In this document: one piece after another, positions 1 through 22,519 of the stretch
Layout: the number at the start of each line of letters is the position of its first letter
Position numbering within the stretch: the stretch's first letter is position 1
From: the human T2T-CHM13v2.0 reference genome, Homo sapiens
Assembly: GCF_009914755.1 (NCBI RefSeq)
Contig: NC_060947.1
Strand: one strand, 5' to 3'
Length of the DNA: 64,000 nucleotides
Notes under the pieces: generated by a model
Seen by the model: only the letters and a program-made list of their open reading frames with translations
What the model was told of the DNA's origin: nothing
The model's database searches: none
Made by a program: the position numbers and the translations under genes

Positions 1-1604
1 TCATCATATAAACAGAGCTAAAAACAGAAACCACATAATCATCTCAATAGATGTAAAAAAAGTTTGTGATAAAACTCAACATTTCTTCATGTTAAAAATT
101 CTCAAGAAATTGGCATTGAAGGATCATACCTTGAAATCAGAGCTATCCATGGCAAACCCACAGGCAACATCAACTAAATGAAAAAAAGAAAAGCCAAAAG
201 CATTCCCCTTTGGAACCAGAACAAGACAAGGATGGCTATTCTAACCACACTTATTCAACAGGGTACTGGAATTCCTAGCCAGAGCAATCAGGAAGGAGAA
301 ATAAATAAAAGGCATCCAAATAAGAAGAGAGGAAGTTAAACTCTCCCTATTGGTAGATGACATGATTCTATATGTAAAAAATTGCACAGTCTCTGCCCAA
401 AAGCTCCTTCACCTAATAAACAACTTCAGCAAAGTTTCAGGATACAAAATCAATGTACAAAACGCAGTAGCATTTCTACACACTAACAGCATGCAAGATG
501 ACAGCCAAATCAGGATCATAATCCAACTCATATCTACCACGAAAAGAACAAAATACTTAGAAATACAGCTAACCAGGAAAGTGAATGTTCTGTACAATAA
601 GAATTACAAAACACTGCTCAAAGAAATCAGAGATGGCACAAACAAGTAAAAATTATTACATGTTTATAGATAAATAGAATCAATGTGATAACCATGGCCA
701 CACTGCTCAAAGCAACTTACAGATTTAATGCTATTCCCACTGACCTACTAATGACATGCTTCACAGAATTAGAAAAAAAACTATCTTAAAAAAATTCATA
801 TGAAACCTCAAACAGCCTAAATACCCAAGGCAAATTTAAGCAAAAAGAACAAAGCTAAAGGCGTCATGCTACCTGACTTTCAACTACATTATAAGACAAC
901 AGTAACCAAAAATACATGGCACTGGTACCAAAACAGACACATAGACCAATGGAACAGAATAGGGAGCCCAGAAGTAAGGCCCTACACCTGCCTCCATCTG
1001 ATCTTTGACAAAGTTGACAAAAACAAGAACTAGGGAAAACACTCACTATTTAATAAATGGTGCTGGAATAACTGGCTAGCCATATGCAGAAGATTAAAAC
1101 TGGATTCCTTCCTATCCTACATACAAAAATCAACTGAAGATAGGTTAAAGAAATGAATGTAAAATCTAAAACTATAAAAAACTTAGGCAATACCATTCTG
1201 AATATGGAAACTGACAAAGATTTCATGATGAAGATAGCAAAAGCAATTGCACAAAATGAAACATGAGCAAATGGTACCTAATTAACCTAAAGAGCTCCTG
1301 CAGCAAAAGAAACTATCAACAAAGTAAACAACCTACAGAAAGGGAGAAAAAATTTTCAAACTATGCATCCAACAAAAATTGGATCCATAATTCATAAGAA
1401 ACTTAAATTTACAAGCAAGAATCAAAAACACTCGTTAAAAATGGGCAAAGGACATGAACAGACACATTTCCAAAGAAGTCATACATGCAGCCAACAAGCA
1501 TATGAAATAGTGCTCAACATCACTAATCATTAGAGAAATGCAAATTAAAACCACAATGAAATACCATCTCACACCAGTCTGAATGACTATTGTTAAGAAG
1601 TCCA
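1..1604 (+). mobile_element. Old LINE-1 (L1PA8-16/L1PB-age) ORF2 fragment, degraded, 3' end missing
   Basis: Degenerate RT region (VDDMILY...[15 protein letters not shown] 350-649) and C-terminal ORF2 motifs with many stops and frameshifts. Confidence 0.9.
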
Positions 1605-3962
<2,358 letters not shown>

Positions 3963-4304
3963 GAGCACTTCTAACCAGATTTCAACATTTCAAATATTAA
4001 GTAAAGCCCTTCTTCGCCTGTGGTAACATGGCTTCAAAGTTCCACTGCTCTAAATGTCATCTTCCATTACGATCTGACCCTTTGTATAAAGGAGCAGAAA
4101 CTATGAAAATACAGGGAAAGCAATTCAGTAGAGACATTCCCTGATATCTCTGCTTTGTTAGAGAGAGATCAAAAAGAGGCTAATTTTACTCTGACGAACA
4201 AGAAATGAAGTTGAGGCACTTTAAAATGCCTGAGTCCTGGCAACACAACAGATTAGAATGGTGCCTTTAAACTCAATCTCAGTTGCCTAGTTTTCTTTAT
4301 TAGA

Positions 4305-4609
4305 TTTTTTTTTTTTTTGAGACAGTGTCTCCTTCTGTTGCTTAGAATAGAGTGCAGTGGTGTGATCACAGCTCACTGCATCCTTGAATTCCTGGGCTCA
4401 AGCAATCCTTGCACCTCTGTCTCCCAAGTAGCTGGAACTACAGGGGCATGTCACCACACCCTGCTAATTTTTATTTATTTACTTATTTATTTTAGAGATG
4501 GAGTCTTGCCGTATTTCCCAGGCTGATCTTGAACTCCTGGCCTCAAGGAATCCTCCTGCTTCAGCCTCCCAAAGGGCTGGGATTACAGGCATGAACCACA
4601 GCATCTGGC
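4305..4609 (-). mobile_element. AluJ-like SINE
   Basis: Poly(T), then antisense Alu dimer; TSD-like AGTTTTCTTT on both sides. Confidence 0.92.
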
Positions 4610-5149
4610 AAGTTTTCTTTAGAACAGGTCATGTAAAGGCCTACAGGTGAGAGACGGTCCAAGAGGAGACATTAATACTGAGTCTGCCACAGGCCATTTA
4701 TCCTGAGTTGAAGAATGCTCAGATCCCTAGACAATTCACACCATTTTAATCTTTTTCATTTTTTCCACATACATGGTAAATGGATCTCTTCTCTCTCATT
4801 CTCTGTCTCACTCTTTTGTTTTTTAAGCACCCAACATTAAAGACAGCTTAATTGAGATGAATCATGTGGGTGGGCAAGGAAGCAATGAAATAGACTATAA
4901 CTTACTGAAGTCAGCCCATATGTGTCAATTTTGCAATAGACATACAATCTGATTACCCAAGCCTGAAGCATCTGCAAACTCAGTCAGTGCCAGATGTAGG
5001 GCTTCCTAGGTTCTTATATATGGGAGTTTCATAGCACCTAGGTACTTGATAAACAAAAGCAAAGCAACACTCTACACTTTCAAGACTTCTAGTAGTCCCA
5101 CATCTGGTAAGATAATCAAAAGTATATCAAATGCGTGGAATATTTCCAG

Positions 5150-5206
5150 AATGTCCCCAGTGGTGTTGATGCTGTTGGTCCAGGGCCCACACTTTATAAA
5201 CTACTG
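5150..5206. mobile_element. MER5A-like hAT MITE fragment
   Basis: gatgctgttggtccagggcccacactttataaactactg resembles the MER5A terminus. Confidence 0.6.
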
Positions 5207-5993
5207 ATGTAGACTAAGGCTTGTTCGAGTAGCTTCTCGACACTTATCTTCTCCCTATGACTGCAGTATAACCAGTCTAAGCTTCCCCCTTCATAGCTTC
5301 TTTCCTATGGAGCCCACTGATCCTACTGGGCTTACCACATTAGCTATATGGAAGTGAAAAATAGAGAGTTATCTAAATGAGAGTGCACCATGAAGATGCA
5401 TATTATCAGTAAGAAAAGACGTATTAACATCTCTTACCCCTACTAATTGTACCTTTCTTTCTGTCCCCCACCCACAAACCCTTAGCAATTCCTCCACAGT
5501 AGTAGTAGTGATAGTGGAAATCTTGACCACTTTCTGTAGTTAGCATGTGTTACAGACAGTTCTCTACATTTTCTTCTTCCTCTAGCTAAATAAAATGAGC
5601 CTAACTGTAGGGCTTGTAGTCAACCAGGGTTGCTTTTGTCTTCTTCATGGGAAACAATCAGCAGAGTACCAGAAAAGTCCTGCTGTACCACCATTAAACC
5701 TATCTCTCTAGTTGTTGGCACTGTACCTGGGACCAATAAGATGATTAGATCATTAGATCAGCCCCTCAAGGTCTTCAATGAATGTCTCTCTGAAACTCTC
5801 CTTAGAGTCTACTTAAATGCATAAGGACATTGCTTCAATTAAGCTAATTCCAAAGCTATGCTACAAAAAATGCCAGGAAGTCATCTTCTTATTTTCCATC
5901 TTTAATTGTGCTCAATTATATTATACCAGATAATAGCATCAGTATAGTCCCAAGAATTCAGTTCCAGTAATACAAAATGTACCAATTTTCTAC

Positions 5994-8260
<2,267 letters not shown>

Positions 8261-9422
8261 CGGAGCCAAGATGGCCAAATAGGAACAACTCCAGTCTACA
8301 GCTCCCAGCCTGAGTGACGGAGAAGATGGGTGATTTCTGCATTTCCAACTGAGGTAATGGGTTCATCTCACTGGGGAGTGTTGGAAAGTGGGTACGGGAC
8401 AGTGGGTGCAGCACACTGAGCATGAGCCAAAGCAGAGTGAGGCATCGCCTCACCCTGGAAGCACAAGGGGTCAGGGAATTCCCTTACCTAGTCAAAGAAA
8501 GGGGGTGACAGATGGCACCTGGCAAATCGGGTAACTCCCACCCCAATACTGTGCTTTTCCAATGGTCTTAGCAAATGGCACACCAGGAGATTATATCCCA
8601 TGCATGGCTCGGAGGGTCCTACTCCCAGGGAGCTCACTCATTTGTAGCACAGTAGTCTGAGATCAAACTGCAGGGTGGCAGTGAGGATTGGGGAGGAGAA
8701 CCTGCCATTGCTGAGGCTTGAATAGGTAAGCAGAGTGGCCAGGAAGCTCGAACTGGGTGAAGTCCACCACAGCCCTAGGAGGCCTGACTGCCTCTGTAGA
8801 CTCCACCTCTGGGGGCAGGGCATAGCCAAGCAAAAGGCTGCAGAATCCTCTGCAGACTTAATTGTCCCTGTCTGACAGCTTTGAAGAGAGTAGTGGTTCT
8901 GCCAGCATGCAGCTTGAGATCTGAGAACGGACAGACTGCCTCCTCAAGTGGGTCCCCGAACCCTGAATAGCCTAACTGGGAGGCACTCCCCAGTAGGGAC
9001 AGACTGACACCTCACGTGGCTGGGTACTCCTCTGAGACAAAACTTCCAGAGGAACGATCAGGCAGCAACGTTTGCTGTTCACCAATATCCTCTGTTCTGC
9101 AGCCTCTGCTGCTGATACCCAGGCAAACAGGGTCTGGAGTGGACCTCCAGCAAACTCCAACAGACCTGCAGGGGAGGGTCCTGACCGTTAGAAGGAAAAC
9201 TAACAAACAGAAAGGACATCCACACAAAAACCCCATCTGTATGTCACCATCATCAAAGACCAAAGGTAGACAAAATCACAAAGATGGGGAAAAAACAGCA
9301 GAAGATCTGGAAACTCTAAAAATCAGAACACATCTCCTCCTCCAAAGGAGCACAGCTCCTCACCAGCAACGGAACAAAGCTGAATGGAGAATGACTTTGA
9401 CGAGTTGAGAGAAGAAGACTTC
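8261..9422 (+). mobile_element. LINE-1 complete 5'UTR and start of ORF1, inverted relative to the adjacent 3' half
   Basis: Starts GGAGCCAAGATGGCC (YY1 core); keeps the 129-bp segment lost in L1PA2/L1Hs (~9030-9158); ORF1 ATG near 9284; homology ends at gaagaagacttc. Confidence 0.93.
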
Positions 9423-9599
9423 TCCCTTTACTACAACTTCTTTAACTTAGCAGTAAAAATGCTTCCTGTTACCACATTAGTCCTTTGTTATCAGAAAGAA
9501 ATTTGACTTCCCAGATGTACAGCAGTAACTTTCCTTCCTAGTTTATTGTCATTATGCTTATTCTCAGACCTGCTGGATAAGAAATTCTGGGCCTAAATC

Positions 9600-9931
9600 C
9601 TTGCTTCTCAAAATGTTGTCTGTACAACAACAACATTGATATCACCTGACAACTTGTTAGAAATGCAGAATGTGAGGCCGTGCTCCATATTTACAGAATC
9701 AGAATTGTCATTTTGACAAAATTCCCAGAAAGTTCCTACAGATCATAAGAATTAAGGATCACTGGTTCTTAACATTGGCTGCTCCTAACCTGAGAAGCTT
9801 TGTAAAATCCCATTGCTCAGACCACAGCTCAGAGCAATTACAACACAATCTCTGAGCTTGGGATCCAGGCATTAGCATTTTCAAAATCTCCTCAGGCAAT
9901 TTCAATGTGTAGTCAATGTTGAAAACTCTTG
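9600..9931. mobile_element. Two MER5A/MER5B-like hAT MITE remnants
   Basis: gcttctcaaa...atcacctg...cttgttagaaatgcagaa and ctggttcttaac...caggcaatttcaatgtg...gttgaaaactcttg. Confidence 0.7.
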
Positions 9932-10702
9932 TTCTAGACCATAAGTTATGGAGCCAAAATTAGGTCCATGGGCTTATACTTGGTCTAGTTTCATTTATCA
10001 TGGAAGAAAATCACACAAGTATTTGGCGCCAAAGTTTCTAGCTAGTAATAATATATATTTGCCTGGAGTGACTCTGCATATGGCCCACAAGGATATGCAG
10101 GAACCTCTGGCCAGTTTCAAGGACTTGGGATTCCAGTGAAATATCTCATTCTTTCTCTGAAGGCAATCTGGCTTATGATTTCTAAGATTCACATCTCTAA
10201 GACCTATTCTGGGAATAGGTCATCACGTTTGCCACAGTATCAGGTGGCCTGAACATAGTGCCAGCAGAGCAACATAAGTTTCTCCCCTTGGATGACACTC
10301 TCTGCTGCCTGGTGCTTGCTGGCAAAGGCTTGGTAATGGTATTTGTTTTGCCAGTCCTCCCAGCTAGCCTAAAGCTCTTGCTCTAGACCATAAGCTATGG
10401 AGGGGAAAGTATCTCTAAATTCTGGCTCCTCTAGATTCTGACTAGGTTGTAGAGTTATGATGGTGTGTTGCAAGAAAGAAGCAAGGTGGACACCAAAAAT
10501 ACTGTGGTGAAGGATGATCTGTTTAAAGTAATGACAACATTAGGGAATTAATGTGACAGGGACAAAAAATTAATATTTAAGTATTCACAGGCTTTTCTGT
10601 TCCTTCGTATTCTAACCCACAGGTTGGCAAACTACGGGTCTTGGGACAAATCTGAGTCCATGACTGTCTATGTATGGCTCTCAAGTTGAGAATGATTTCA
10701 AT

Positions 10703-15355
<4,653 letters not shown>

Positions 15356-15486
15356 TGAAAATTATTCCATGACTGCTTTTAAGCTTCAACAGTAGAATTA
15401 AATAGTTGTGACAGAGACTATATGACTCACAAAGCCTAACATATTTACTATTTGGCCCTTTAGAGAAAAAGTTTGCCACCCCTTGC

Positions 15487-15640
15487 CAGTGCTTCTCAAA
15501 CTTTTAATATGCACTGGAATCAAATCATCTGGGGATCTTGTGGAAAAGCAGGTTTTGAGTCAATAGGTCCTGGGGGGAAGGGGTTGAAATTCTTCATTTT
15601 TAACAAGCTCCCAGCAAAAGGTCCATGGGCCACATGTGTA
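15487..15640. mobile_element. MER5A-like MITE
   Basis: cagtgcttctcaaact...atcatctggggatcttg...cattttaacaagctccc. Confidence 0.7.
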
Positions 15641-16044
15641 TCAAGGGGGTAGAAAGATTGTTTGTTCATTTGTGTTGCTCAGCTCCCAAGGTTTTATTGT
15701 GCTGATCAAGTTAATGAGTGATTATCCCAGGGGTGAAAAATAGGTAGTCAGAAAGCCAAATTCATTTCATAGGTGTTTTTACGGTGTTTTAGAGATCCCT
15801 GGCTTCCCATGAAAAACTGAAAGATCATGGGCCCAATTTTCAAATGGCAACAATTGTCTGGGCTGAATATAGGCTGCCCCCTTCAGACAAGACATGCACT
15901 GTCTAATTTTCCACAGTCTTCACCATTCCCTCCAGTATTACCCTTGGCCTATTTTACCTTCAGGTTACCTGCCTGGCCCACGTAGTTACTGGAGCTTGCT
16001 ATTCCTATGGAAGAGACTTCTATGTGTCATCCAATATTTATTAT

Positions 16045-16858
16045 CCCGCTTTCTCCTTATTAATGGAATCACTTAGTTTTAGTTTGCACATAGTTGATCC
16101 AGCCACTCCCAACCTCTCTGTAGCTAAATGTGGCTACACAACTAAATTATAGCCAAGGGGATATGAGTAAAAGTGATGGGTATAACTTCTATGATGCATT
16201 TTTAAAAGGATGAATATGCCCACTCCTTATACTTTCCCTCTTCCTAATGTCTGTGATATGGTTAGGCTTTGTGTCCCCACTCAAATCCCATCTTGAATTG
16301 TAATCCCCAGGTGTTGAGAAAGAGACCCGGTGGGAGTTGGTTGGGTCATGGTAGCGGTTTCCCCCATGCAGTTCTCATGATAGCGAGTGAGTTATCTCAA
16401 GATCTGATGGTTTTATAAGGGGCTTTTCCCCTTCCCCCTTCGCTCCTCACATTTCTCTCCTGCCACCATGTAAGGAAGCTCCTTGCTTCTTCTTTGCCTT
16501 CCACCATGATTGTAACTTTCCTGATGCCTCCCCAGCCATGTAGAATTGTGAGTCAATTAAACCTCTTTTCTTTATAAATTACCCAGTCTCGGGTATTTAT
16601 AGCAGTGTGAACATGGACTAATACAGTCTGGAAAGCTGATGTGTAAGATGTGTAAGCAGGAGCTAGAGCAGCCTTCTTAAACCATGACGTGCGAAAGCAT
16701 GTTGAAGACGATACAACAACATGATCTCCAATACCATGGGGCCAACACGTCAGCCCTGGACTACATTTTCTCAGAAATTTACATGAGATAAAACTTTCAC
16801 TCATAAGCCACTATATTTTTTTTTTACAGTAGCTGAACTGGCACCCTAAGTTATATAC
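16045..16858. mobile_element. Old MLT1-type MaLR LTR interrupted by a THE1/MST LTR
   Basis: MLT1-like motifs (tagctaaatgtggcta...aagtgatgggtataacttct; taagccacta...agctgaac...ataca). Confidence 0.6.
16254..16625 (+). mobile_element. THE1/MSTA-type MaLR solo LTR
   Basis: TGATATGGTT...GGACTAATACA termini, 372 bp, perfect 5-bp TSD GTCTG at 16249-16253 and 16626-16630. Confidence 0.93.
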
Positions 16859-18289
16859 AACTCCCAGACTACTCCAAAATGAAGTGTCAGTTGTGTCATG
16901 TATTCAATGGCTCCAGCAAGCTATCAGAGAATATAAACATATCAAAACATACTAAAATTAATTTCCAGAACAAATTGATCTACTGAAGCTGTTTATAATC
17001 TTATTTCACCCTCCAAATCTACATTGTTATCAGCTGTAGACCATGACAGATATGTAGTGTAACTTGGGAAATGAGGCAAGGAGGTAATCAGGAAAAAAAA
17101 AAAAAGAAAACAGAAAAAAGAAAAAGAAAATCACTAGAACTTCATGGTTTCTGCTTCTCTAAGTATATCAGGCCATCCAAGAGCACTGTCCAGAGGGTGT
17201 ACATGTGATCTGCAAACTCAATTGGAAGAATTCTCCTAACAAAAGGTTAACTGTGGTATTAAGATTTCCACATCCTTGAGAGGTTAGAACCCTCCATGCA
17301 TGTAGTTTTCCTTTTCTCTTGAAAAATAGTATCTGAAACATGTCTGTATTCTAACAAAACTTAGAAATTTGCTTTGCTGATCCTTCCATGTAGGCCTTCT
17401 CCACTTCTCCAAAGTGCCCCCCTTTTTTTCAATACCTTTTAAAAGCTCTAAAACATTTTATTTTCCTAGTTTACAATATTTCAATATATTATTCTTCCAT
17501 ATTCTCTTCTTCCCATGTCCTGTCTCCTCACCCTAAAATGAGTGTGGACTGTCTATAGACAGGATCTACACATTTTCTTGTGAGCAAGCATCCTCACATT
17601 GATAATAGACAACTTTCTAGGCAAAATTTGATTTGAAGTGTTTGAAATCTGTCATCTGCTTAGGATTTCTGGAACACCTTTTCATGCAAGTCCAATTGAA
17701 TTTGTCAGATATCAACTTGCCTCATAAGATGTTAACTAACAAGATTTGCTGTGTCTTGCTACAGCCTCTGTGACCTCCCACCTCCTTCCATTCATTTACC
17801 CCATTCTCTCTGAAACACATGCTTAATAGTTGGATCCTCCTTGAGGTCCAAGAGTCAAGGTAAATCTGAATCATAGAATTAAAAAAAACAGCATTGGCCT
17901 TACTTGGATAATAGAAGCAGGTAATTTTACATCTGAAACATAACAAAATGAGAATATATTGATCAAGTAAAAAAAGGGAAAACCTCCCATTGCAACATTT
18001 TAATTTTATAATCTTCTCCCAGTTCAGCACCTTCACAATGTTTTTCTCATGGCAAACAACAGGACTATTATGAGGAGTGAAAAAAAAAGGCATGCACTGA
18101 CAGATCTTTGATCATCAGTGCAGATATGTTAGTTACAGATATCTGAACCAATAATCTTATCTTTATCTTGGGGACATTTGGCTTTTTCTGACATAATCAG
18201 CACCTGCCTATGCAATATATGCAGTTTCCAGATGGGCTTTCTCAAAAATGTGGCACCCAAGGAAACTACTTAGGCCAACCCACAAGAGT

Positions 18290-18400
18290 ATTGTCTCTTC
18301 AAGTGTGGACTGTGGATCACCAGTACCAGAATCACCTATTGAATCAGAACCTTTGGGAAAATGGATCTGGGGAATCTGCATGTTTAACAAACTCCATTTG
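18290..18400. mobile_element. MER5A-like fragment
   Basis: aagtgtggactgtggatcaccag...gaatcagaacc...ggaatctgcatgtttaacaa. Confidence 0.65.
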
Positions 18401-18494
18401 TTTTCTTATATAAAAATAATTTTTACCACATAAAAGTACATAGATATTAGAATATTAGAAACTCATATACTAACCACCCAGCTTAAGAAATAAC

Positions 18495-19419
18495 TTCTTA
18501 ATCCAGTCTATCATTGTTGGATATTTGGGTTGGTTCCAAGTCTTTGCTATTGTGAATAGTGCCACAATAAACATATGTGTGTATGTGTCTTTATAGCAGC
18601 ATGATTTATAAACCTTTGGGTATATACCCAGTAATGGGATTGCTGGGTCAAATGGTATATCTAGTTCTAGATCCCTGAGGAATCGCCACACTGACTTCCA
18701 CAAGGGTTGAACTAGTTTACAGTCCCACCAACAGTGTAAAAGTGTTCCTATTTCTCCACATCCTCTCAAGCACCTGTTGTTTCCTGACTTTTTAATGATC
18801 GCCATTCTAACTGGTGTGAGATGGTATCTCATTGTGGTTTTGATTTGCATTTCTCTGATGGCCAGTGATGATGAGCATTTTCTCATGTGTCTTTTGGCTG
18901 CATAAATGTCTTCTTTTGAGAAGTGTCTGTTCATATCTTTTGCCCACTTTTTGATGGGTTTTTTTTTTCTTGTAAATTTGTTTGAGTTCATTGTAGATTC
19001 TGGATATTGGCCCTTTGTCAGATGAGTAGATTGCAAAAATTTTCTCCCATTCTGTCGGAATACTATGCAGCCATAAAAAATGATGAGTTCATGTCCTTTG
19101 TAGGGACATGGATGAAGCTGGGAACCATCATTCTCAGCAAACTTTCACAAGGACAAAAAAACCAAACACCGCATGTTCTCACTCATAGGTGGGAATTGAA
19201 CAATGTAAACACATGGACACAGGAAGGGGAACATCACACACTTGGGCCTGTTGTCGGGTGGGGGAAGGGGGGAGGGATAGCATTAGGAGATATACCTAAT
19301 GTTAAATGACGATGAGTTAATGGGTGCAGCCCACCAACATTGCACATGTATACATATGTAACTAACCTGCATGTTGTGCACATGTACCCTAAAACTTAAA
19401 GTATAATACTAAAAAAAAG
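18495..19419 (+). mobile_element. 5'-inverted, truncated LINE-1 (L1PA4/5-like)
   Basis: Antisense ORF2 end 18495-19055, sense 19057-19419 with poly(A); 14-bp TSD AAGAAATAACTTCT at 18485-18498 and 19417-19430; ~21 nt lost at the inversion point. Confidence 0.95.
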
Positions 19420-19594
19420 AAATAACTTCTGAGATAATCTTATATACATCACGGCCTGTGAATCAGTGAATTTGGGAAACATGAAAGCAAAGGATTTTGA
19501 GTCAAGAGAGTGCAGGTAACTATAAAATAGCCTGGATTAATGGGTGAGAACAAAATGACAGCAAGAATGTGGGGAAAAACAATAATAAATTTTC

Positions 19595-22460
19595 AAAGAA
19601 ATACCATCAATCATCAAAGTATACTATGAACACCTCTATACACATAAACTACAAAATCAAGGAGAAATTGATAAATTCCTGGATACATACATACTCCTAA
19701 GACAAAAACAGGAAGAAACTGAATCCCTGAACAGAACAATAATGAGCTCTGAAATTGAGGCAGTAATAAATAGCTTACAAACCAAAAAAAATCCAAGACC
19801 AGACAGACTCACAGTTGAATTCTACCAGATTTACAAAAAAGAGCTGCTACCATTCCTACTGAAACTACTCCAAAAATTTGGAAGGAGAGACTTCTTCCTA
19901 ACTCATTCTATGAGACCAGCATCATCCTGATACCTGGCAGAGATACAACAACAAAAACAAAAACTTCAGGCCAATATCCTTGATGAACATCAATGTAAAA
20001 ATTCTCAAGAAAATACTGGCAAATCAAATCCAGCAGCACATCAAAAAGCTTATCCACCACAAGCAAGTAAACTTTCTCATGGTTATCAACCTTATGCAAG
20101 GTTGGTTAAACATACACAAATCAAGAAATGTGATTCATCACATAAACAGAACTAAAGACAAAAAGCACATGATTATCCCAATAGATGCAGAAAAGGCTTT
20201 CAATAAAAATTCAATGTCCATTCATGTTAAAAGAAAACTCTCAATAAACTAGGTGTTGAAGGAACATTCCTTAAAATAATAAGAGTTATATATGGCAAAC
20301 CCACAGCCAACATAATACTGAAAGGGCAAAAGTTAAAAGCATTCCCCTTAAAAGTCCGTACAAGACAAAGATGATCTCTCTCACCACTCCTATTCAACAT
20401 AGTATTTGAAGTCCTGGCCAGGGCAATCAGGCAAGAGAAAGAAATAAAGCCCATCCAAGTAGGAAGAGAGGAAGTCAAACTATCCCTATTTGCAGATGAC
20501 ATAATCCATAATCCTGTATCTACAAAACCCCATAGTCTCAGCTCAAAAGCTTGTTAAGCTGATAATCAACTTCAGCAGTCTCAGAAAACAAAATCAATGT
20601 GAAAAAATCACTAGTATTCCTATATACCAACAGCAGTCAAGCTGAGAACCAAACTAGGAATGAACTCCTATTCACAATTACCACAAAAATAATAAAATAC
20701 CTGGGAATACAGCTAACTGGGGAGGTGAAAGAACTCTAAAAGGAGAACTACTCAAAGAAATCACTGCCCTAAGAAATTAGAGATCATACAAACAAATGGA
20801 AAAAAGCATTCCATGCTCGTGAATAGGAAGAATTAATATCGTTAAAATACCCATACTGCCCAAATCAGTTTACAGATTAAATGCTATTCCTGTTGAGCTA
20901 CTATTAAGATTATTCAGAGAACTAGAAAAAAACTATTGTAAAATTCATATGGAACCAAGAAAGATCCTGAATAGCCAAGGCAATCCTAAGCAAAAAGAAC
21001 AAAGCTGGAGGCATTTTGTTACCTGACTTCAAACTATACTACAGAGCTACAGAAACAAACAGAGCATGGTACAGGGGCAAAAACAGACATGTAGATTAGA
21101 GGAAGAGAATAGAGAGCCCAGAAGTAAGACCACACTCCAACAGCTATCTGATCTTTGACAAACCTGACAAAAACAAGCAATGTGGAAAGGATTACTTATT
21201 CAATAAATGGTGCTGAGATAACTGGTTAGCCATATGCAGAAGATTGAAACTGGACCCCTTTTTTATACCATATTCAAAAATTAACTCAAGACAGATTAAA
21301 GACTTAAATGTAAAACACCAAACCATAAAAACCCTAAAAGTCAACTTAGGTAATACCATTCAGCATATAGGCACAGGCAAAGATTTCATGACAAAGATGC
21401 CAAAATCAATTTCAACAAAAGCAAAAATTAACAAATGGGATCTAATTCAACTAAAGAGCTTCAACACAGCAAAAGATAGTATCAACAGAGTAAACAGATG
21501 ACCTACAGAATGAGAGAAAATTTTTGCAAACTCTACATTTGACAAAGGTCCAATATCTAGCATCTATAAGGAACTTAAGCAAATTTACACACATAAAAAA
21601 GAAACCCAAACAACCCCATTAAAAAGTGGTCAGTGGACATGAACAGACACTTTTCAAAAGAAGACACACATGTGGCCACCAATCATATGAAAAAAGCTCA
21701 ACACCCCTGATCATTAGAGAAATGCAACTCAAAACCACAATGAGATGCTATCTCACACTAGTCAGAACGGCTATTACTATAAAGGCAAAGCATAACAGAT
21801 GCTGGTGAGGTTTTGGAGAAAAATGAATGCTTAAACCCTGTTGATGGGAGTGTAAATTAGTTCAACCATCGTGGAAGACAGTGTGGCGATTCCTCAAAGA
21901 CCAAAGGCAGAAGTACCATTTGACCCAGCAATCCCATTACTGGGTATATACCAAACCAAAGGAATACAGATTGTTCTATTATGAAGATACATGCATGCCT
22001 ATGTTCATTGCAGCACTGCTCACAATAGCAAAGATATAGAACCAACTTAAATGGCCACCAGTGATAGATTGAAATTGAAAATGTGGTACATATACACAAT
22101 GGAATACTATGCAGCCATAAAAAAGAACAAGATTATGTCCTTTGCAGGGACATGTATGGAGCTGGAGGCCATTATCCTTAGTAACCTAATGCAGGAACAG
22201 AAAACCAAATACCACATTTCTCACTTATAAGTGGGAGCTAAATGATGAGAACACATGGACACAGAGGGAAACAACACACATTTGGCCTACTTGAGGGTGG
22301 AGGCTGAGATGAGAGAGAGGATCAGGGAAAATAACTAATGGGTATTATGCCTAACACTTGGGTGATGAAATAATCTGTACAACAAACCCTCATGCCAGAA
22401 GTTTACCTAAGTTAACAAACCTGCACATGAACATCTTAACTTAAAATAAAACTTAATAAG
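19595..22460 (+). mobile_element. Older LINE-1 (L1PA13-16-like), 5' truncated
   Basis: Degenerate ORF2 and a 3'UTR with gggtgatgaaataatctgtacaacaaacc. Confidence 0.9.
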
Positions 22461-22519
22461 TAAATACAAAAGAGAAAGCTAAAAAATTAATGGGAGAGGA
22501 AATGCAGGGCATTGCTAAA

